Positions 22,345 to 33,481 of a stretch of DNA of 64,000 bases are shown piece after piece (the first letter of the stretch is position 1; every line of letters begins with the position of its first letter). The position numbers and the translations under genes are program-made. The stretch is taken from contig CAWAUV010000008.1 in NCBI GenBank assembly GCA_963785305.1, positions 352,001-416,000 of the forward strand, read 5' to 3'. Source of the stretch: an uncultured Planctomycetaceae bacterium. GTDB taxonomy: Bacteria > Planctomycetota > Planctomycetia > Pirellulales > PALSA-1355. Below the pieces are notes generated by a model. It searched no databases, had not been told where the DNA came from, and was given only the letters and a program-made list of their open reading frames with translations.

Positions 22345-23539
22345 CCGCGTTCCGCTCCGCGCCCGACACGCCGATCTCGACCGGACAAGGCTTCCTGCCG
22401 ATCTCGATCATCGAGCAGTTCCAGGAAGTCTGGGCGTTCAATCTTCATGCCGAGCGGTGGGAGCTCAAGCCGGTCTTGGAGACGTTCGCCTTCGACTACG
22501 TGGGCGACATGGCGCATGTTTCGCTCGTCGGCCCGGCAGGCGAGGAAACCATTAAGGCGACGCCGGGGCATCCGTATTGGGTGATCGAGGGCGAAGGGCT
22601 CGATGAGCGTCCGCGCGGCCAGCACATCCAGGCGATCGAATCGGACTTGGAAGGCGGCGCATTCGCCGCTGTCGGCAAAGCGGCGATGTACGCCGGCTGT
22701 AAGCTGGGCATCACGCCGTTCTGCTTCGCCCCCGACACGCCGATCTCGACCGGCCAAGGCTTCCTACCGATCTCGATCATCGAGCAGTTCCAGGAAGTCT
22801 GGGCGTTCGATCTGCACGCCGAGCGGTGGGAATTCAAGCCGGTCTTGGAGACGTTCGCCTTCGACTACGAAGGCGACATGGCGCATGTTTCGCTCGTTGG
22901 ACCGGCCGGTGAGGAAACGATTCGCGCCACGCCGGGGCATCCGTATTGGGTGATCGAGGGCGAAGGGCTCGATGAGCGGCCCAAGGGCGAGCACATTCAG
23001 GCGATCGAATCGGACTTGGAAGGCTCGCCGGTCCCCGGCCGCTGGGTGGATGCGGGCGACTTGCGCGCGGCGACGTGCTCTTGCTCAAGAATTCGCCGCC
23101 GCTGCGCGTGGAGCGCGCATGGCTGGAGCCGTACGTCGGCAAAGTGTATAACTTCTTCGTCGGCGACCTACACAACTACTCCGTGGGGTTCCATGCGGCG
23201 CTGGTGCATAATACGTGCTCGGCCGCCCAATTGGCGCTGAACAGAGCAAATGGAAAAGCGGCGGAGGCGACTGCGGTGGAACTGCTAAAAGCTGGCGGCG
23301 CCAATGTGCTTGGCAGCCAACTTCGCGTGAAAACATCGGAGGGAATTCGCGTGATCGATTATTTGATCCAAGTCGGCGCCAAGTTCATCGCCATTGAAGT
23401 GAAGTCGGGGAATGCGTCGCGGACCGCGAAGCAACTTTCGAAGGATCGACTTCTGGCGACGGAGGGAGGAACGTTTTTGAAAAAGACATTAAACAGATAC
23501 TCTGAAGAACTTATCACTACCATAGAATGGCTGTTCTAA
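22345..23539 (+). CDS. Orphan toxin cassette 8: truncated Hint + full Hint + PD-(D/E)XK restriction-endonuclease-like toxin; frameshift ~23068
   Basis: Hint copies match 19601-20090; toxin NGKAAE...RVIDY...IAIEVKSG...Q..KD. Confidence 0.75.
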
Positions 23540-23542
23540 CCA

Positions 23543-24225
23543 ATGCCAGTTTTCAAGCAATTGAAACGACTGTTGTATGACGAATTGAAAACTCGTATGA
23601 AGCAACGTGGATTTAAGGGAAAATTATCGGATGGAGAGCCTGAATTTGAGCGTCGATACCCATGGGGTTACGCGTTGTTTTCGATTCATTATATCAAGCA
23701 TTACGACGATTTCGACATTTCGGTTTATGTTCATATCCGCCACGATGCGATCGAAGAGATCGCTCAGCGCAACCATCCGCGGCTTTCGGAAGACATTTGC
23801 AAAACGATGCAGACGATGGGCCACGATATCGGTTATCTCGCGGGAGGCGATCCCATGCGTTGGACCGTTAGCTCGGAATTGGACATCATTCCAGTCGCCG
23901 ACGCGATGGTGGCGATGTTCGACGAAGTGGGCGAGCCGTTCATCGAGAAATACCGACATCTGGAAAATGCATTCGAAGTGTTTCTCGACGATGATTACCG
24001 ACCGAAAGTTCGCATCGATTGTGGACCGCCTTCCGATCGCGCAAATACGCGGTGACCGCGGCGATCTTGATGCGCAAAAATCGAGCTTGGATTCGCGATT
24101 ACATCGCGAATCGAATCGCGTTCCTTTCCTCGCTTCAAAACCAACAAGGTATCACGGAGTTCAAAGTCTTCCTGCGATCGCTCGACGATCCCGATCTGTT
24201 GCCGAGCGATGTTCCGGAAGTTTGA
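23543..24225 (+). CDS. Putative immunity protein (frameshift ~24030)
   Basis: Starts 3 nt after the toxin stop; ORFs 23543..24055 and 24019..24225 join. Confidence 0.6.
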
Positions 24226-24277
24226 ATTGCCGCGTCAAGAGTCGCTCGATAACGCCAACTCCCGGGAATCCCCGTCC

Positions 24278-24629
24278 ATGACCTACGATCTGAATTTCTT
24301 CAAGGAGCAGCCGGGCGTCGAACTCGACGCGCAGGCGGCATACGAGCAACTATCGCTCGAAAAAGACGTGCCGGGGCTAATCGAGTTGCCGGTCGAACGC
24401 ATGCTGGCGCAGGATCAAAGAGCTATTTCCCGACGAATGGACGCAATACGGCGATGGCCACTGGGAATCCACCGAGGACGCGCTCGAAGTGATGCTAACC
24501 CCCTATTTCCTCCGCGTCGACTTCCCCGGTCTGGGGCGCGAGGACCTGGAAGCGATGATGGAGCTCGCCCGCGAGTTCGACTGCCCGCTGTACGATCCCC
24601 AGACCGGCGAACGGTTTGAAGTGAAATAA
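24278..24629 (+). CDS. Small orphan immunity-like protein (frameshift ~24410)
   Basis: MTYDLNFF...AREFDCPLYDPQTGERF when frames are joined. Confidence 0.55.
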
Positions 24630-24828
24630 CCCGTCGCCGGCGTAATGGTTCGGCCTGGAGGCAAGCGTGCTAGTCGGCAAGTCGCGAGTCTCGCGCCGTC
24701 GACAAAAAAGCATATTCACCACGCCGGACACGACGACGGAAAACCGTTTCCGCGGCGCGTCGTCGAGCCATCGCTTCCTTGCCGTCGTCGCGTCTTCGTG
24801 TCCGTCGTGTTGACACTTCTTCGCTCTC

Positions 24829-26281
24829 TTGTCCCACGTCGAGACCAAGCGGACCGGCCCCAACGGCGCCGAGAAATTCTTCCAGCAAGCGAGCGGCTTG
24901 ATCGCGGCGAGCGGCAATGTGCTCGACCAGCCGACGCTGGCGAGCATCCCGCTGCCGCCGGGCGCGTCGATCAACATCGATTCGACGTCGATCACGTTCG
25001 GCGCGTCGCCGGCCATTCCGCAACCGTGGACCACCACGGTATACAATGTCGGCGTGGGATTCGCCAGCGGGGCGGCGGGCGGGGTGGCGGGCGCGATTCC
25101 CGGGCGCTGGTCGCGTCGGTCGTGACCGGCCCGGCGGGATTTTTCACGGTGCTGACCGCGGGAGCGGTCTCCGGCGGAGTCGCGGGCGCCATCGCCGGTT
25201 ACTCGGCCAAGAACAGCACGGCGGTGATGCAATCCGCCTACAACAGCGGCCTCGCCGCCGGCTTCGAGACCGGCGTGGCGATGATCTTCACCGGCGCGGG
25301 CGCGGCCGTGCAAATCCTGGTCGGCGCGGGCGCCGCCGCCACGACGAACGTGATCGGCCAACTCGCGCATGGCGTGAGCTTGAACCAACTAAATTACGCG
25401 TCGATCGGCTGGTCGGCCTTGCAAGGCGGCGCGTTCGCCGCTGTCGGCAAAGCGGCGATGTACGCCGGCTGTAAGCTGGGCATCACGCCGTTCTGCTTCG
25501 CCCCGGGTACGCTCGTCGCGACGGAGAACGGATTGAAGCCGATCCAGTCGCTTACGGTCGGCGAAATGGTATGGTCCTTCGACTTAACCAGCGCGACCTG
25601 GAAGTTGCGTCCGGTAATTTATACATCCGAGGTCGAACATGCCGGCGACATGGTTCGCGTCACCGTCGCCGGCGAAGACATCCTCGCCACCGGTGGACAC
25701 CCATTCTGGGTAGCCTCGGGCGAGCCGCTCACGGATCGGCCCACGCCCAAGGACATTCCCGACCCGCACGACGGCGCATCAATCGACGGCCGCTGGGTGA
25801 AGGCCGAGGACCTGCGGGCGGGCGACGTGCTGCTATTGAAGAGCCGCCTGCCGGCGCGCATCGAATCAGTCCAGACGGAACCCTACGCGGCGAAAGTCTA
25901 CTGCTGCATCGTCGATGATCTGCATTGCTATGCCGTTGGCCGGCAAGGGATCCTGGTGCATAATGGATATCCTCCCAGCAGCTTAAGCGGAGCGACCTAC
26001 CAACAGTTCAAGAATTTCAACAGGCGCAGAGCGCGGCGCTCAATTGGCTAAAAAACAATGGTTTTAATGCTGCGAAAGCGATACCGTATATGTCGAAAAA
26101 ATATTCCGTGTTTAACGGGTTGATTCAACAACCCGGTAGAATTGGTTACCGAATAGAGTGGTCGCCTAGTATCGGTAATCATATCAATGTGTTTTCCGGA
26201 AAGCTTAAAGGCCCGCATTTCATGTTTCCTGGAAGCCAAGCCGATGTGAATGCGATTGTACGACAGCTATTTGGAGGATAA
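24829..26281 (+). CDS. Orphan toxin cassette 9: hydrophobic Gly/Ala region + Hint + small putative BECR-like RNase toxin; frameshifts ~25100 and ~26020
   Basis: 25068-25503 duplicates 19177-19611; CFAPGT...LVHN; toxin GYRIEW...GNHINVFSGKLKGPHF. Confidence 0.7.
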
Positions 26282-26283
26282 AG

Positions 26284-26853
26284 ATGGATCCCATGCGAGA
26301 AATGTCGCTGCAAGATGAGATGCTTGCCGAGCTTTCAGAGTTTACCCAATCGAAGAAAATTGTTATTTACCAAACATCCGATAGTTGGTTCGATTTATTA
26401 AACGCACGCTTTCCAAAAACAATTATTGGTGCGCTTGCATGGGAAGAAGTGCCGGGCCATCAGTCTTGCGGTGATGTCGTGCCCATTATTCCGCCTGAAG
26501 GCATAAACGGTGAAGAGGTCGTCCAAAGAAACGCGAGTAAAATCGCGGAATTTCTCGAAAGATTTGCCGCAAATGGTGGCATTGGCCATAGCGATCAGGT
26601 CGTCATAATCGGAGATGGCGTCACCGAAGTCGCGCTGGGTATGTCGTTCGAAACGCTCTTTAAAGTATTTATGGTCCTATTCTCGTACCCGCAACACACA
26701 TACGTACTTACATCCGATGGCGTATGGTGTTTTGTTTTCACGTTCGAGTTTTTCATGCACTTCGGCAAGTCTCCGAAAATGAGCAATTCGTTGTCCCTGT
26801 CCCTGTTGTCTCTTCCGGAAACCCCGTCGGAGGGGAATGGTGATGCCAAGTAG
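26284..26853 (+). CDS. Putative CdiI-like immunity protein
   Basis: Starts 2 nt after the toxin stop, GGAGG SD upstream; LFSYPQHTYV...WCF motif. Confidence 0.6.
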   Translation: MDPMREMSLQDEMLAELSEFTQSKKIVIYQTSDSWFDLLNARFPKTIIGALAWEEVPGHQSCGDVVPIIPPEGINGEEVVQRNASKIAEFLERFAANGGIGHSDQVVIIGDGVTEVALGMSFETLFKVFMVLFSYPQHTYVLTSDGVWCFVFTFEFFMHFGKSPKMSNSLSLSLLSLPETPSEGNGDAK

Positions 26854-27835
26854 GGTTGATTTCGCGAGGTTGGTTTCGGCGAGGCTCAAGAAAAATCGCC
26901 GGCGTTGGAGTGAAAACGGGCCCGGAGGGCCTGTTTTCACTCCTCGGCGCGCGGCCTTCCCTTCGGCGTGATGGCCGTGGTTGAAGTTCGTGAAGCGCAA
27001 GGGCGCGAGGCGGCGTCAAGCGGCGCGCGTGTAGCGGTGATGCAGTCCGCCGACTTGCGGGATGGATCGCACCGGGCCGCGTTCGGGCGGTTCGATCTCG
27101 CGAGGATTCGGTGCGTTCCGCTCAAGCGAAAGATGAGTTCTTGAATTGTTATAGTAATCGAAGTAATCGGACAGGACGCGTTTCAAGTGGCGCTCGCCGA
27201 GCACGATGACGTGATCGAGGCATTCGCGGCGGATCGAGCCGATCAGTCGTTCGACGTAGGGATTTTGCCAAGGCGAGCGCAGCGCGCTCACCACTTGTTC
27301 GATTCCCAGATTCTCGATTCGTCGTTGGAACACATCGCGATAGATTCCATCGCGATCGCGTTGCAAGTAGCGGCGCCGAGTCATAAGGAAACGCCTCGAC
27401 GATTTGCTGGGCGCTCCACTCGGCCGATCGATTGGCCGTGACATTGAAATGCACGACGCGGCGTCGCTCGACTTCGAGCACGACAAAGACATAGAGCACG
27501 CGAAAGGTGGCGGTCGGCACGGTGAAAAAGTCGATGGCGACCAGTTCGCCCAAATGGTTGTGCAAGAACGTCTTCCAGCCCGGCGAAGGCGACGTCGGCT
27601 GGGGGCCGCGAACAAGATATTTACTTACGGTCGATTCGGCGACGCGGTATCCGAGCAGCTGGAGCTCGGACTGAATACGCGGCGCGCCCCAGGTCGGATT
27701 CTGTAACCGTTCACGGGTCGAAATGGCCGAAAACAAGGCGTTTTTGTCGCGTACAAGAACCGTAAATGGTAGATTCGGTGCCAATTCGCGCGACATTGCC
27801 ACGTTTCGATTGGAAAATTTCTCGGGAGAGCCCAA
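26807..27835 (-). mobile_element. Degenerate rve/DDE integrase element (CDS remnant 27016-27710, frameshifted and 5' truncated)
   Basis: NPTWGAPRIQSEL, AIDFFTV, YLQRDRD, SPWQNPYVERLIGSIRRECLDH, YNNSRTHLSL, VGGLHHRY. Confidence 0.85.
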
Positions 27836-27889
27836 AAACGCCGGGGCAAATGCTATTCCACATTTTCGACTTTTCGTGTATGGGCACCC

Positions 27890-28160
27890 TGTGAACGGTT
27901 ATGCCTACGACACTTCGGCCCACACGCTGACCGTCACCACGACGCTGCCGACCTACGCCACGACCGACAAGGTTTACGACGCCGACGGCGAGCTCGCCAG
28001 CCAGCGCGACGCCCTGGGCAACACGACCACCTACGCCTACAACGCCCTGGGCCAAGCGGCCCAGGTGGCCGATCCTTCGGATTCTTCGATCTTGCTGGGG
28101 CCGGTTTACAATGCGGTGGGCGAAGAGGTTTCGAGCACCGATCTTTTGGGCAACGTCACG
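27890..28160 (+). pseudogene. Rhs/YD-repeat fragment
   Basis: YDADGEL...DALGNTTTYAYNALGQ...YNAVGE..TDLLGNVT. Confidence 0.7.
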
Positions 28161-28699
28161 TCGGGGCAAAACCACGGGGCTATACCAAGCACCCACCAAG
28201 CCGTTGGACAGCGGCGGCGCACAGGCGACTGCGTGTCTTTCCTTCGCTGCCTAAATAGCCCGGGCATCTTACCCGTCCTCGGCATCGGATGACTGTCTGG
28301 TTTCTTCCTTTCCTGGTTTCTCCCTTTCCCACCTGCGCAGAGCGCGATCCCGTGCTGACGCGACCACTATCTCAATGGCGACCGGAACGATTGCGTTCCC
28401 TATCACATTCACAATGAGCAATCCACGCTCTATACACAACCCGCTGGCGGCCTGTTGAATATTTCGACAGGCTGCTAGCGGGTTGCGAGGTCTACCCCTT
28501 TCCCAGGCGCTGGCGCGTGCGAGCGACATCGGGCCGGCGACGACCGCGCTTTCGGCCTGGTTTTTGCCGCAACATAGCCAAGAATCGCCATTTCGCCGCC
28601 TGCTAGCGACAAGCTCGCATTGACTCAACTTCACAAAATCGTCAGTCTACTGCCGCTTGGCGCTAGGAATTCCAGTCTATCTTGCCGGGAGTCGATCGC

Positions 28700-31232
28700 A
28701 TGCTGCGCGCGCGGAAGCCTTGTTCACACGCGTCGGTCATCGGAGGCGGGCTGATCGTCCTCCTGGGCGCCGCCTTCGTTCTTATCGCCCCGCCGGCCCA
28801 TGCCCAGCGCTATGCCGAACCCAACCCGGCCATGCAGCCGCGCCGCGCCGCCAATGAATCGTATTCCAACGGCCGCGACGCACGCAATGCGCGCGAGGAG
28901 CTGGCCCCGGTCGGACAAATGCGGCACAAGTTGCGGCCCCCGGAGCTATTGGCCGCGGCGCTCTCGACGCCGCAAGACGCTTTTCGCGATGGCGAAGGTT
29001 GGTCGCTGGCCCAGGCGCTGGGTCGGGCAGCCGATCGATCGCACCAGGTGCGCATCGCGCAAATTTACTGGAAGCTTTCGGCCGCCCAGGCCGAATATCA
29101 TTTTGCCCGCGAGCAAAGTCATTTGATCTGGAAAGTCACCGAGCGGCATGCCAGCCTGCCCGGTGTGCAAGCGGCGCACTACAAGACCGAAGGCGCCGTG
29201 AACGATTGCGAAGTGAGCGTGGTCGACGCGCAGCATGAGTTGGCCGAGGCATTGCGACTTGGCGCCCATGAGCCGCTGCCCCTGGCGATCGATCGCCCGC
29301 ACGTGGGCGATTATAAGACGCGCTTCGACGCGCTGTTCACCTCGGGCCACGAAGCGCCGGCCCGATTGCGGCTCACGAACCGATCGATTCCGATTCGCCG
29401 CAAGGCGATCGATGTGCATGGCGAGGCGATTCTCGCGTCTCAAGACGCGCTCGACGCCACGATCGAGGAATACGAACGCGGCGGCGCCGATCTCACCACG
29501 CTCCTGGCCAGCTTCAGCGAGCTCGACCGGCAGCGGCGCGCGTTTGTCCGCGGTGTGCGCGACTACAATCAAGACATCGCCGAATATGCGATCAATGTGG
29601 CGCCGCAAGGCGAGCGCGGTGAAGCGCTCGTGGCGATGTTGATTCGCACTCCCACGCCCCGCGAACTGATCCCCGGCCGCGATGAACAGCGCCGCCGAGA
29701 TCGCGACGCCGCGCTCATCGGCCGGGCGTCCGACCATGTCGATCGCCAAGCGCACCGCGATGCCGAGCCGCGTCACGTTTCGGGCGAGGGTTATAATCAT
29801 GGCGCCGGGGACGAACGTCGCGCCCCAGCCCACGAAGGCGCCGGCGCTCCGCGCGACAATTACAATTCGCCGCGCGAAGGCTACGCCGCCCCGCGCGACG
29901 AATACGCCGCTCCCGCTTTCGATCCCAATGCCGCTCAAGACGATCGCCGCTCGGCCCAGCCGTTTCGCAACGACGATCGCCAATCGTCGCCCGACTACGC
30001 CGCGCCGCCGCTCGACGACCAACGCGCCGCCGCGCCCCGCGGCGATAATCGCGCCGCTCCGCCGCGCGATGGTTATCGCACGCCGCCGCCGGCTGGTTAC
30101 TACGAACCCGGTGTTGATCGACGGCCGGCGCCCGCGCCGCGTTACGCGTCGCCCGATGGCTATCGTTCGTCCCAGGTCGAACCCGCGGCCGATGAAGGCG
30201 TCGCGGCGATGAGCGATCCGTCGGTGGCGCCGGCGAGCGCCGAGGAGCCACCGGCGCAGTTCGCTCCGGTCGAGGGTGCGGGACCCGTCGTGGAAGCGCC
30301 GCCGGGCATCGATCCATTCGCCCCGCGACGATTTGAATCGCAAAAACCGATCATCTCGTCGCCGGGCGCGAGTGGCCCCGCCGCCGCGCCGAGTTCCGGC
30401 GCCCTGCGGGTCACGGCGCATCACCCCGCTGAAGCCCGCGTCGAAGCGGCCGAATACTCAGGACTCGAACATTTGCCGCCGGCGCTCTGCGCCCAGCGAC
30501 TGGCCGGAATCTTGCATTGGTGGCAGCGCAATCTTCCACCCGACGCGGGCGAGCCCACTTCGCTGGTGATCGCGCTCGAGCGGGTTCCCGAAACACGTCG
30601 CAAGCCGGTGATCGACGCGTATTGGCGCGCGCGAGGCGGCGGCGCATTATCAGGCGCTGGCCGAGGCGGGCGAGCAGTTGAGCCCGTTGGCCGCGTGGGC
30701 CACCCGCGGCTCGGCGTCTCAACACGCCGCGCTGGCCATGTTGCGTTTGGAAGCCGCTCGGCTGGGAATCCAAGCCGAATTGCTCGACGCGCACATCGGT
30801 TTGATCGTGGCCGAATACAATTTGGCGGTGGCCAGCGGCGGGCCGCTCGAAGCGCATTGGCCGCTGCCGACCACGATTCCGCAAGCCGGCCGCTACCATG
30901 TGCCCGAGTCGCATCTTGTGCGTTCGGCGGCGCCCTATTCGGCCGATCATTTGCCGCCTTTGGAGTCAACGCTCCAAGAACTGGCCGCCGCGGTGGTGTT
31001 CTCGGCCGCCGCTCGCGCCGAATCACTGCGCGGCTCCGATCCGAGGGCGATGCACGAAGCCATTTCGCGAGTCTATGCCCAACTCGGCGACACACAGAGT
31101 TTTCTGCGCGCTCAGACCGAGTACAATGTGGCGATCGCCGAATACGCCTTGCGCACCTTGCCGCCCGTGCGCACGGTCGAACAAGTCGTGTCGCGGCTGG
31201 TGATCGCCCGCAATCTCCGCGACGGCGCGTGA
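28700..31232 (+). CDS. Exported hypothetical protein with two related helical domains joined by a Pro/Arg/Asp-rich linker (frameshift ~30640)
   Basis: Signal-peptide-like N-terminus (…PAHAQ); duplicated YW...LP...P..G.Y...YN..IAEYA motifs in both halves. Confidence 0.6.
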
Positions 31233-31317
31233 CGAGCAATCGGCGGCACGCCCCTAGGTTAATCCGGGACGACCCAAACGTCACTATCGACTCGCGTCCC
31301 CTTTTCCGGTCCTTGGG

Positions 31318-33438
31318 CCGGCCGACGGACGACATCATCACGACCGTTGGGTCGGGTGTCGACTCCAGCGTCCAGCGAATCAGCACGGCTTACGAAATCC
31401 GCGGCCTCGTCTTCCAGATCACGAGTTATGCCGACACCGGCGCGACCACGGTGGTCAATCAGGTTCAGAATGCGTACAATGGTTTCCAGCAACTCGTCAA
31501 GCAGTATCAGCAGCATGGCGCCGCCGTGAACACCGTTACGTCGCCCAACGTGCAATACGCTTTCGCCGACGGCAGCGCCAACACGACGCGCCTGACGGCG
31601 ATCACGTATCCCGGCGCCATCAGCGGCTCGACGCCCCGCGTCGTGACGTACAACTACGCGAGCGGCAACGACGACGCCTTGTCTCGCGTCACCAGCTACG
31701 TCGACTCCGACAGCTCGACGCTCGTCGAGTACACGTATCTTGGCCTCCGCACGTTCGTTGATTTGACCTATCCGCAACCGGACGTGACTTGGTCGCTCGC
31801 CGGCGGCTCGGGCGCGAACCCGTATATTGGCCTCGATCAATTCGGCCGCGTGGTGAACAACCTCTGGCAGAACGCTGGCGGCGCCGCGCTCGATCAAATC
31901 CAATACGGCTACGACCAAACCGGCAACCGCCTCTGGCGCCATCAAGCCGTCGCCGCCGGCAACGATGAGTTGTATTCGTACGACGGCCTGCAGCGTCTCA
32001 CCGACATGAGCCGCGGCAACCTGACGAACAACGACCAGTCGATTATGAACATGACCCTCGCCCAGCAATGGGGCCTCGACGCCACGGGCAATTGGTCGAA
32101 TTTCGTCAACACCGACGTCACGACGTCGGCCGACAATCTCGATCAGCAGCGCGCAAGCAATCCCGTGAACGAGATCATGGGCATTACGCAGCGCTACGGC
32201 GCGGCCTGGCGCAGCCGGCCTACAGCCCGGCCGGCGCCATGACGGCGATCCCGCAGCCAGCAGCGCCAACCTCGGCCTTCGCGGCGACTTACGACGCCTG
32301 GAACCGGCTCATCTCGCTCGCCGGCGTGGCGAGCTACAGCTACGACGGTCTCAATCGCCGCACGACGAAGACCGTTTCCGGGGTGCTTCGGGATTTCTAC
32401 TATTCGAGCCAGTGGCAAATCCTGGAAGAGCGCATCGGCGGCACCACAGCCGCGGATCGGCAATTCGTCTGGGGCCTGCGCTACATTGATGATCTCGTCC
32501 TCCGCGACCGCGCCACCGAGCGTTTGTATGCCCTGCAAGACGCCAACTGGAACGTCATCGCAATCGTCGATACGTCTGGCGTCGTTCAAGAGCGCTACCG
32601 CTATACGGCCTACGGACTGCCAGCGGTTCTGAATCCCGACTTCAGCATTCGCTCCGGCGGCAGCAGTTTCGGATGGGAAACGCTCTACTGCGGATACCGC
32701 TGGGATAGCGAATCAGGGCTATATCTCGCTCGGAATCGGTATTTGAATTCATTGCTCGGACTCTGGATTACGCGAGACCCGATCGGATTCGATGGCGGCA
32801 ACTTAAACCTCTATGGATACGTGGGTGTTCGCCCAGTAGTCAAAACAGACCCAACTGGACTGTATCCCCCGCCCCCTGCGGTTCGAATAACACCATGTGG
32901 CGACTTTAGTCTGACGGCTATGAACGTGCTAAACGCGACACCTGGAGTCCACGCTCCTGGCTGGACCCTTGTCTTCGACCCAGCAGACACGAATATGACA
33001 GGAGCTGGACCCTGTGCTTGCCCGGGGGGTAATTTTAAGTTATCCCAGACAATTGAACGAGTTGACTCTGGGATACCCCCACACCAAGACGTTCCGGATA
33101 CGCCACTAAACCCGATTCCGGCGGGTACGAAATACCCAGATTACTTTAAATGTTCTGGTCGAGGCGGTCCATTAACTATCCTCGATGCTCCCGGAGCGGG
33201 GAGCGGAATGGCTTTCACATATAAACTCACAGCTTGTGCTATTTGCGATTTGGGACCTGGAGCGGAAACTGTGATCGGATGTGCCAATTTTATTTTTGAA
33301 AATAAGACAGGCAATATCACATTGACTAGATATGACACAACTCCAGATCCCAACTCACCCCAGATCGGCATAGGTAAGGGACCATGGCCGGTATTTCCCG
33401 GACAACCAGGCGCGGTATGGGTTAAAGTCTACCCATGA
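31318..33438 (+). CDS. N-truncated Rhs toxin (YD repeats, Rhs core, Cys-rich C-terminus); frameshift ~32205
   Basis: YGYDQTGNRL, YSYDGLQRL, YRYTAYG, RDPIGFDGGNLNLYGYV...DPTGL cleavage motif; GC drops after DPTGL. Confidence 0.85.
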
Positions 33439-33481
33439 ACACCCACTTTGCCGAGATAGCCTGTGTTGCGTTAGCGGGTTC

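Noticed and set aside
28682..32242. 1186-aa ORF as a real fusion protein
   Set aside because: Artefact: a frameshift at ~30640 carries the frame through an intergenic REP motif into the Rhs fragment
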